Of a stretch of 11,762 nt of DNA, positions 1 to 7,600 are shown piece after piece. A program made the translations under genes and the position numbers. Position 1 is the stretch's first letter. Every line of letters starts with the position of its first letter. This DNA is from an uncultured archaeon (GTDB lineage: Archaea > Altiarchaeota > Altiarchaeia > JAFGQM01), in the NCBI GenBank assembly GCA_964619365.1, contig CAZUDQ010000014.1, forward strand, positions 1 to 11,762, in the 5' to 3' direction. The notes under the pieces were generated by a model, which was not told the origin of the DNA, did not search any database, and saw only the letters and a list, made by a program, of their open reading frames with translations.

Positions 1-753
1 CTCTTCTGCAACTACTTTCTTTGCAACTGGAGCTTCCTTTGGCGCATCATCCTTAGCTTTGGTTTCAGGCTTTGCCTTGGGAGTCTCTTTTACTGCGTTT
101 TCAGCTTTGGATTCGATTGCTTCGACTGCCTCTTCAACAATCTCAAAGTCCTCTGGCTTAATAATACTTATTTCGTCGGGGAATCTTACTCCCTGTGGAA
201 CGATGCTAACTTCAACGCCGATGACACCAGCCTTACATGTTGCTATTGTTGCACCGTGAAGAACTTGCTCGATTGCAGGCTTTCCGCACTTTTTCATGTA
301 TCCTGCTTTCATCTTAAGGACACGTGAACGTCCTCCTTTTCCAACAAGCTTTCCTGAAAGTGAGATTTCTGCGCCTTTTGCGCCATCATGCATTATAGAC
401 TGAAGTGCCCTGTATCCAACGCGCCTTGAATTCATTCCGCGCTCAAGAGCTGATGCGATACGGTATGCAACAATTGTAGGTTCAAGATTTGGTTTTTCAA
501 CCTTTTTAATCTCAAGTTCTGGCTTTTCTATCTTGAAATCTTCTTCTATGGTTCGTGTTATGTTCTTGACATTGCGACCCTTTCGTCCGATAACAATTGC
601 AGGACGATCGCATTCAAGGACTATTCGGGTTACAAGCGGCGTCCTCTGTATCTTAATTGAGGCGACGCCAGCCCTTTTTAGTTCTTTAGTCAGGTACTTT
701 TTGATTTCGGCCTCTTTAACGCCTTCGCCTATGAATAGTCTTTCAATAGCCAT
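1..753 (-). CDS. rpsC: 30S ribosomal protein uS3 (rps3p), 3'-truncated by the window edge
   Basis: Not in the ORF track. Manual translation from ATG at 753 (TAATG overlap with the uL22 stop) gives MAIERLFIGEGVKEAEIKKYLTKELKRAG...IQRTPLVTRIVLECDRPAIVIGRKGRNV (KH domain GxxG)...GAKGAEISLSGKL...GVIGVEVSIVP. The frame stays open to base 1, and the position after uL22 is the expected one. Confidence 0.97.
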   Translation of the reverse strand, partial: MAIERLFIGEGVKEAEIKKYLTKELKRAGVASIKIQRTPLVTRIVLECDRPAIVIGRKGRNVKNITRTIEEDFKIEKPELEIKKVEKPNLEPTIVAYRIASALERGMNSRRVGYRALQSIMHDGAKGAEISLSGKLVGKGGRSRVLKMKAGYMKKCGKPAIEQVLHGATIATCKAGVIGVEVSIVPQGVRFPDEISIIKPEDFEIVEEAVEAIESKAENAVKETPKAKPETKAKDDAPKEAPVAKKVVAEE

Positions 754-1205
754 TATTCTGATTTCTCCTCAAGGAACACTTGGATTGTTGTTAAGTGGAT
801 TTCATATACTGCCTGACGACCCTTTGGGCGCCTGCGGCGCATCTTGTGCCCGCGCAATGCAAGGGCCGATATGACTACACAATTGTCAACGTCAAGACCT
901 TTAAACTCTGCATTTGTAATGGCGGCTTTAAGGACATCAAGAACTTCGCCGACCGCTTTAACCGGGCGTGCACCGTATGGCGCCATTCCTGCTTTGTGAC
1001 CGCTTTGCTTCTTGGTCTTTTTAATTGGAACAAGTGCTTTCTCGTTAAGGACATCTTCGAGTACTTTTTGTGCATCCTTGGCTTTCTTGCCTTGGATAAA
1101 TGCGCAAACCTCAATACAGTCTTTAATCTTAACGCGGAGCTCTTTTCCACAAGCCTTTGCGACGAAGCTTTCGTCTTCCGGAGTATATGCGTAACCGACC
1201 TTCAT
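753..1205 (-). CDS. rplV: 50S ribosomal protein uL22 (rpl22p)
   Basis: Archaeal-type 150-aa uL22 with AKA.G.ELRV, VPIKK...GHK, PVKA...NAEFKGLD and C-terminal GR...LTTIQVFLEE. Lies between uS19 and uS3, with an ATGA overlap with the uS19 stop. Confidence 0.96.
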   Translation of the reverse strand: MKVGYAYTPEDESFVAKACGKELRVKIKDCIEVCAFIQGKKAKDAQKVLEDVLNEKALVPIKKTKKQSGHKAGMAPYGARPVKAVGEVLDVLKAAITNAEFKGLDVDNCVVISALALRGHKMRRRRPKGRQAVYEIHLTTIQVFLEEKSE

Positions 1206-1600
1206 GCTCTCACCGATACAAATTTAGTTGATTTCGAAGCACCGATTCCCGGTGTCGAATGTGTTAAGAATACTCTTGTAAGGACATATTCGCCGAGCCT
1301 GTGACCAAGCATCTTATCAACGATGATAACGTCCTTGAATTCAGTTCCATTGTGAACTGCTATTGTCGTACCCACCATCTCGGGGAGTATTACGAACTCA
1401 CGGCAATGGGTTCTTATCTTTGGTTTTTTCGCGTTTATCTTAAGATAAAGTTTATACATGTCGCTGTTATCCTTTTGAGCAAACATACGCTCAATAGACC
1501 TACGCTCGCGTGATGGCAGGAGCACTATAAACTCCTTGATACTCATCGCCTGAAGCTCTGCAAGCTTCTTTCCATGAAATAAAAACTCTTTTTTTGCCAT
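1202..1600 (-). CDS. rpsS: 30S ribosomal protein uS19 (rps19p)
   Basis: LPSRERRS, IRTHCREFVILPEMVG..IAVHNG, MLGHRLGEY, PGIGASKSTKFV; conserved operon position. Confidence 0.98.
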   Translation of the reverse strand: MAKKEFLFHGKKLAELQAMSIKEFIVLLPSRERRSIERMFAQKDNSDMYKLYLKINAKKPKIRTHCREFVILPEMVGTTIAVHNGTEFKDVIIVDKMLGHRLGEYVLTRVFLTHSTPGIGASKSTKFVSVRA

Positions 1601-1605
1601 TATAA

Positions 1606-2340
1606 TTAATTGTTAATCTTGCTCTTTCTAACACCAGTTCTTCTTGGTGCGATGTTTCCGACTTTCTGTCCTGGTGGAGCATTTCTGCTAACAGATGTTG
1701 CACGACCAATACTTGTGCGCCCGCCAAACGGGTGGTCTTGTGCATTCATCGCAACGGCTGAAGTCTTTGGATAAAGTTTGCCACGTGCGCGTTCTTTTTT
1801 AGCGCGGTTGCCTGCTTTCATAAAGGGCTTTTCAGTCCGTCCGCCACCTGCAACAGAGCCTACTGTAGCTCTGCAACCCCAGCGAACTTCGATTTTCTTT
1901 TTTGATGGAAGCCTGACTATTGTCTTTTTAGTCTCGGCATCCTGTGAAACTACATATGCGTTGAGTCCTGAGGCGCGAACAAGCTTGCCGCCGTCTCCGG
2001 GAGTAAGTTCTAGATTATATATCTGAGTTCCTTCGAGTATGTTTTCGATGCACATTAAGTTTCCTGTTGAAACTGGAACTTTCTTTCCAAACTCCAAAAT
2101 ATCCCCGACACAAAGTCCTTCGGGGGCGACAAGATATGTCGTCTTAAAGTCTTCTGTTAAGAGTTTTGCAAGAGGTGCGCTTCTGGAAGTATCGCAGACA
2201 ATATCGATTACCTGCATCACACCACCAGTTTTAAACTCGTTAAGACCCATATACTTTGAGTCTGAGACGAACTTGTGAGACGATGCACGATATAATGGGC
2301 CTCCTTTGCCCCTTGCCTGAGATACTAGTCGCTTACCCAT
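1606..2340 (-). CDS. rplB: 50S ribosomal protein uL2 (rpl2p)
   Basis: MGKRLVSQARGKG, PGDGGKLVRASG, GGGRTEKPFMKAG, AMNAQDHPFGG, APPGQKVGNIAPRRTG. Confidence 0.99.
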   Translation of the reverse strand: MGKRLVSQARGKGGPLYRASSHKFVSDSKYMGLNEFKTGGVMQVIDIVCDTSRSAPLAKLLTEDFKTTYLVAPEGLCVGDILEFGKKVPVSTGNLMCIENILEGTQIYNLELTPGDGGKLVRASGLNAYVVSQDAETKKTIVRLPSKKKIEVRWGCRATVGSVAGGGRTEKPFMKAGNRAKKERARGKLYPKTSAVAMNAQDHPFGGRTSIGRATSVSRNAPPGQKVGNIAPRRTGVRKSKINN

Positions 2341-2344
2341 TTTA

Positions 2345-2593
2345 TTACATTAATCCTAAATCACCGAGTATCTTTCCCGCATCGGAGTCCGGTGAGAGTT
2401 TGACCATCGCCTTTTTCTCACGGGCAAAGTCGTTAAGTACATTGACTTTTTCAACTTTAACTCCGTATTCCTTTTCAACTGCGGCCTTTATATCTCCTTT
2501 TGTTGCCGAATCCTTAACTGCAAAGACTAGTTTATTCTCCTTTTCAAGGAGGTCAAAGGACTTTTCAGTCAATATTGGAAAGAGTAGTGTCAT
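2345..2593 (-). CDS. rplW: 50S ribosomal protein uL23 (rpl23p)
   Basis: PILTEK, ENKLVFAV...ATKGDIKAAVE..YGVKVEKVN, KKAMVKL; lies between uL4 and uL2. Confidence 0.98.
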   Translation of the reverse strand: MTLLFPILTEKSFDLLEKENKLVFAVKDSATKGDIKAAVEKEYGVKVEKVNVLNDFAREKKAMVKLSPDSDAGKILGDLGLM

Positions 2594-2597
2594 CGTT

Positions 2598-3446
2598 TTA
2601 GTTTAATAATTTTTCTATTGCGCCTTCTGTCCAGAGAGTCAGCCTGCCCGGGTTTCCGCCTGGTGCAAGAAGCCTTACGGTGAGGTCGTCAACATCAATC
2701 ACATCAACACCTGCAATGTTTTCTGCCGCGCGCGCACCATCACATGAACCTGAGACGACAACAAGTGCTGATATTCTTGTCTTCTTCTTGCCTGTGCGTG
2801 CTTTTCCGGCTTTTTCTTTTGTATCCTTTGCACGCACGATATCATCTGAGAGTCCTAGTTTCTCAAATACTGCCATTGCATCCTTTGTCTTTTTGATGGA
2901 CTCAAAGGAATTATCAACAATAAGTGGTAAAGTTATGTCTTTTGAGACTGCGTGGTTGCGGTTTTCTCCGGTTACTAAAGAAACGTTAGTTGTTGCACCG
3001 ATTGCTGAGGCCAAAGCAAGTATCCACTCACGCTCATTAATCTTTTTCTCCCAAATCTTCTCAGCCTTTGGAGGGTGTGCTCTGTGACCGCCTTTTGACT
3101 GTGGGACGAACCTGACTTGTCCAAGACCACCGCCAGGGAGCTTTTGACGTGGCAAGATTGACATTCCACGGTTTACTGTAAGCCTGTAATATTCTCTTCT
3201 TCTTGTAAAACAATCTGCTGTTGACTCGAATCCTGCACGAGGATCTGTTCCATACGGCTGGCGAGCCCATGACGCTTCTGCGACAAATGCCCTTTGTATT
3301 AGGTCGGGGCGAAGCTCGGTTTCAAAAGCCTCAGGTAAGCTGATATCCTTTGTTGCCTTTCCTTCAAGGCTAAGAATCTTTGCCGAAAGCGTATTTTTTA
3401 CTTTCGTTTCTGTCTTCTTGGTTCCTGATGTAGCTTTTTCTGCCAT
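2598..3446 (-). CDS. rplD: 50S ribosomal protein uL4 (rpl4p, archaeal/eukaryotic type)
   Basis: LRPDLIQRA, QPYGTDPRAG, GGHRAHPPKAEK, KINERE...A..SAIGAT, LAPGGNPGRLTLWTE. Confidence 0.98.
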   Translation of the reverse strand: MAEKATSGTKKTETKVKNTLSAKILSLEGKATKDISLPEAFETELRPDLIQRAFVAEASWARQPYGTDPRAGFESTADCFTRRREYYRLTVNRGMSILPRQKLPGGGLGQVRFVPQSKGGHRAHPPKAEKIWEKKINEREWILALASAIGATTNVSLVTGENRNHAVSKDITLPLIVDNSFESIKKTKDAMAVFEKLGLSDDIVRAKDTKEKAGKARTGKKKTRISALVVVSGSCDGARAAENIAGVDVIDVDDLTVRLLAPGGNPGRLTLWTEGAIEKLLN

Positions 3447-3454
3447 TATGATTC

Positions 3455-4453
3455 TTATGCCCCTTGCTGTGAGGCTGTTGAAATGTGGTCTATTGAATAT
3501 GAGGTCTTGGCCTGTGGAGGTCTGATTGAAGTCCTGAGTGCAATGGCTCTTTTCTTTGGACCGGGAATTGAACCTTTTACCATAAGATAGTTTCCGGAGA
3601 CTATGCCGTAACCGACAAAACCGCCGTTGGGGTTTATCTCTTCGCCCTTCTCACCAATTTTTAGTATGAGCTTGTTGAATTCTGTTCTGTTGTGATATCC
3701 CATTTGACCTGCCATAGGGGCGAGCCATGAGACGTTTGCCGGTTTCCAACCACCAATTGAACCTATATGCCTCATGTGCCCTGCACGCTTGGCTTTTCTT
3801 TTTTGTATCTTGATTCCCCAACGCTTAACGGGTCCTTGGAATCCTTTTCCTTTAGTGACTGCTATTGCATCAATGAAATCTGATTCAGAGAAAATATCTG
3901 CGATTGGAACTTCTTTTCCAAGAATGCTTTTAGCGTACTCCCACTGTGCAGAAACATCACCACCGATTCCAAGCTCCATTACAGCAGGCGCCTTTTTCCC
4001 GATGCCTGACTGCTTTGGTTGAGTTGCGATAATAAGAACGAATTTTGTGATTTTATCCATGTAGTCTGCGACCTTCTTTTCCTTTTCGGCGTTTTTGACT
4101 TCCTTTGGGATTTGTATGGAACGCGCGAGGTCGGAGTCTAGTTTTTCTGCAAATATCTCAGTGAGGGATTCAGTTCCTTCATATCCATCAACGTATGCTC
4201 TTATGCCAATGACTTTCATCGGCGGGCAGTCAAGGACTGTTACTGGAATCTGAACATCCATGTTGTAAGTCGGGTTGCCTTTGTTTAGGTCTTTTGCAAT
4301 AATGTGTGTCATTCCTGCTTTGTAACAGAGGAAGCCTAAAGCTCCTACTTCTGTTTCAGGACGAAACACACTTATTGAGGGCGTCTCCTTCTTTGCCCTG
4401 ACCCTTGGGGAATACCCTGTAGATCCACAACGTGGCTTGTGATGTTTTGCCAT
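3455..4453 (-). CDS. rplC: 50S ribosomal protein uL3 (rpl3p); start reassigned to ATG 4453
   Basis: MAKHHKPRCGS.GYSPR.RA, YKAGMTH, TKGKGFQGPVKRWG, AGQMGYHNRTEFNK, KGSIPGPKKR. ATG 4453 matches the usual archaeal N-terminus, whereas the track's GTG at 4480 lies inside the structured leader. Confidence 0.98.
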   Translation of the reverse strand: MAKHHKPRCGSTGYSPRVRAKKETPSISVFRPETEVGALGFLCYKAGMTHIIAKDLNKGNPTYNMDVQIPVTVLDCPPMKVIGIRAYVDGYEGTESLTEIFAEKLDSDLARSIQIPKEVKNAEKEKKVADYMDKITKFVLIIATQPKQSGIGKKAPAVMELGIGGDVSAQWEYAKSILGKEVPIADIFSESDFIDAIAVTKGKGFQGPVKRWGIKIQKRKAKRAGHMRHIGSIGGWKPANVSWLAPMAGQMGYHNRTEFNKLILKIGEKGEEINPNGGFVGYGIVSGNYLMVKGSIPGPKKRAIALRTSIRPPQAKTSYSIDHISTASQQGA

Positions 4454-4471
4454 TATATATTTATTGACTAT

Positions 4472-4572
4472 GGCAACCACCTAGTTAACTAGAGGGCTAA
4501 TGCAAAAAATTATCGCATAGCCGCCTAAACAGAGAAGGCGGGTGCCTGTTATTTCCTCCAATGTGGAAGAAA
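4472..4572 (-). ncRNA. Structured 5' leader of the uL3 operon (candidate ribosomal-protein leader, cis-regulatory RNA)
   Basis: Minus strand: hairpin TTTCTTCCA-CAT-TGGAGGAAA (4572-4552). It is followed by a closing stem GGCACC/GG(T)TGCC (4546-4541 with 4478-4472) enclosing three hairpins: CGCCT/AGGCG, GCTA-TGCG/TGCA-(T)-TAGC and CTAG-TTAA-CTAG. Lies between the TATA box and the uL3 start. Folded by eye only. Confidence 0.55.
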
Positions 4573-4594
4573 GCGCTATCTTTGAAGGTAAGGG

Positions 4595-4608
4595 TATAAA
4601 AAGGTTTG
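4595..4608 (-). promoter_or_regulatory. Archaeal BRE/TATA promoter of the ribosomal protein operon
   Basis: Minus strand CAAACC-TTTTTATA; the usual spacing predicts a transcription start near 4570-4577. Confidence 0.7.
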
Positions 4609-4610
4609 TG

Positions 4611-4628
4611 AGAAAAACGAAGAAAAAG
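4611..4628 (-). terminator. Oligo-T terminator candidate for the Cys-rich protein gene
   Basis: Minus strand CTTTTTCTTCGTTTTTCT just after the TAA at 4635; archaeal intrinsic terminators are U-tracts. Confidence 0.5.
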
Positions 4629-4634
4629 CAGGAT

Positions 4635-7600
4635 TTAACACCTGCCAAAGTTCATATCCTCTTCTGCGCGCTGTGAGTAGTACTGCGCAAGGCGACATGA
4701 AAGGTCTGCGTTTGCCCCACCTTCATTACACGACCTGAGGAACGCTGCTGCGCCCGTAAGGGAATCCTCAGCTCCCGGACAATTATCTACTGCGATAAAT
4801 GCTTTGGTGTATGCTTCTGCGGCGTCTGCCGGACTTGTCGAGTACATTCCAAGCGGATGAGTTATCGCCGGAAGTTCAGGCACGCTCTCACTGGGGAGAA
4901 GCAATGACTCTGGACTAAAGACATAACATTTCTGTGTTTTTGAAGCACCAGAAGGCGCAGTCATTAGAACGTTATACTCGCACACATATCCTTTTGGTAC
5001 CTCAACTGTTACCGTACCGACTTCTTCTGTTGAGCCGTGTTCTATTGAACTTACTCCAAGAGTGTCAGAATATACCGTGCATCCTTGTCCGAACTGAACA
5101 TCAAAGTCCCAGGGTATGTTTATACCTGCCTTGTTGGAGGTAAGCGTTGATTTCTCTTTAAAGACTACGGGCTCAGCTGAAATGGATTCTGTCAGGAAGT
5201 CGCAAGTCACTTCGCCGGTATAATCTTCATTGCAGGCGCCCGGGTCAAGAGTCTTGGCACATGAAGCATAGCCATCTGGGAAACAGTAGCCTCTGAAGTT
5301 CTGACCATTTATTTCTGAATTGGCGTTGTCGTGCGGCTGGCAGTAATATCCGTTTCCTTGAGCAACGGGGCTATCACAAGCCGACCCTGAAAGCGCGGTT
5401 CCGTCTGTAGAACATATACCGCCCTCACAACTGCCGCTGGAACAATCAGCATCACTATTGCAGTCTTCAAAAGAGATTTGAGTACAGGAACTGCAATAAC
5501 AATCAGCCCCTTCAGGAACGCATGCCTCGCCTGAAGCGCATAAACTCGCATCGCATGCACCCGCATTAGAGCACTCGACTCTGCATTCACATGAACTTGT
5601 ACAGGATTCGCCTAAAGGACATCCTGTTGGGTCTGCCATCGGATCACATACTTCATCAGCATCTTTGGAGCCATCGCCACAAGAGCTTTCTATTGTCGTC
5701 TTAACACAATCACAGGTTGTAACCCCACCGTCAATTACTTCAGAGCATTTCCACCCAGAGCCAAACGCGCTCTCACAATCATCATATATAGAGCAGCTTG
5801 AACTTGCCGCCTGGCACTCAGTCGGTGATTCACAAACGCACTGACAAGTTTCCGGACTGCAGAAACCTCCATCTGGACAGTCATCATCCGAGTCACAGCT
5901 TTCACCATTTAGCAGTATGCCGTCTTCAATATTACAAGAGGGGAGAATCTGTTTGCACGCGCAGTTTTCACAATCATCAGGATTAATGCTTCCACTTGAT
6001 GCACTTATGTCTTCCTGACACTTCCATTGGGTATTTAGAGTTCCAAGTTTAGTCTGACAATCATCTTTTGTGTCACACGCACCCGGAGCACTTGTGTTCT
6101 CGCACTCTGTGAATTCATAACAACAACCGTCATCTCTGCAGTCTGGCGTTCCTGCCGGGCAGTCAGCATCACTTGAACATGCCTGGTGTCCTGCTGGACA
6201 GGCCTTTTGGGCACTGCAGCCACAATAACTGCCTAAATCGTTGCAGTAAGGTAATATGCTATTACAAAGTGAGGGATCACATGCACCCGATTCTTCATCA
6301 GTACAATTTATCCTAGAATAACAGTAACAGCTGCCAGATGTCGCGCCAACGCATTCATAATAACCTTCAGGACAAAGACTTGGGTCGCATGCTCCTGCGT
6401 CTGTTGTACAATCAATACATTCATCGACATCAGAATCCGCACTTGCAACAGGATAGCTTGACTGTGGCGGACATGCGTCTTCCACGCACCACCCTTGAGC
6501 CGCGGCAGTCTCCCAGTCGTCAAGTGGCGTCACCTGACAAGCCCATTCTCCATTTTGTCCATAAGCCGGGATTATAACCGCAGTTGTAGACGAGCTTTGC
6601 GAGGTCTTTGAATCGTCCTTTGTACCACCATAATACCACTCATACTGGTACTCTATCTCATCAGCTGAATCAAAATCAATACTTGTTCCTGTCACCCTGC
6701 ACTCAAGGTCTGCGTTTATGCAAGAATCCTCAGGAATTGTTAGCGCCGCAGGCATTGAAGGAACATTATTGCATGTACGTTCAAGAGGAACTGCATGTCC
6801 GCACGTTTCTGATTCTACCGTTGCCCAGCTTACAGTTGATGCATACTGGGTATGATCCTGACAAGACGTCCAGCTTGTTACTGCATCTATATAATTACAG
6901 AGTTGGTAGCTTTCGGTAACAGTCATTGTTGTCGAATAAGAACCGCCATATGTGTTACTGCAATAATATGTGCCCGTGCAGGTATTGCGAACCGCATAAG
7001 AATCGTGACGGCAATTGACTCCTCTTTTACATGTCCCCACCATTTGGCCTGTGGGTGTATATGCCGCTGAACAGCGGCTCCAGGAACCTCCATTAGAACT
7101 CGCGTAAGAGCTAGTATAATAGGTGAGGTCATCATCGTAAATCAAGATACAGTTCGGTCCATGGTAAAAGATTCCAATACGTTCCCAATAACAAGAAACG
7201 CTCCTTTGAACTTGCCTTGTGTGGGATGTAAGGTATGTATCAGCTATAAATGACTCAGGAACTTCCCTGATTTCCACAGCAGTCGATGTCGCCCAGGGTG
7301 AGAAGTCCATCCCGTCAAATGCCCTTACTTTAAGTTTCCAGATATCGCCCTCGACTAGTGCTGAGTCTGGGACACTTGCTGTTGTGTAAGCTGTTTTAAC
7401 ATCATTTTTGTACCACTCATAATCAAATGATACTATGTCCCCGTCAGAATCAATGAGTATACTGGGATTTGGGCAATCTGGCCCACATAGATCATATCCA
7501 GATATGACGGCTGATAAAGGACTTGTTGTAAATCCACCCTCTACTGAAATCAGAGGTGTTGCCGGCGGATTATTTATAATTAGTGTGTTTATTGTTGTAT

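Noticed and set aside
59-4022. Plus-strand ORFs (e.g. 59-259, 533-874, 795-1304, 1778-2026, 2256-2606, 2680-3087, 3774-4022) and alternative-frame minus ORFs (875-1150, 1500-1745, 2975-3169, 3061-3270)
   Set aside because: They are antisense or out-of-frame shadows of well-conserved ribosomal protein genes, with no recognisable motifs.
4454-4480. GTG start at 4480 extending uL3 by 9 aa
   Set aside because: The conserved uL3 N-terminus begins at ATG 4453, which has the same ATA-ATG-G context as its neighbours. The GTG lies within the predicted RNA structure.
4471-4546. The leader as a tRNA gene (76 nt, cloverleaf shape, ends in CCA on the minus strand)
   Set aside because: There is no TTCRA T-loop or D-loop GG, the arm lengths are wrong, and the CC of the CCA is paired in the closing stem. 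Kept as a cis-regulatory candidate instead.
5493-6410. Multiheme cytochrome, Fe-S or zinc-finger reading of the Cys-rich region
   Set aside because: No CxxCH motifs and no ferredoxin CxxCxxC arrays were seen. The signal peptide and 6-Cys periodicity favour disulfides.
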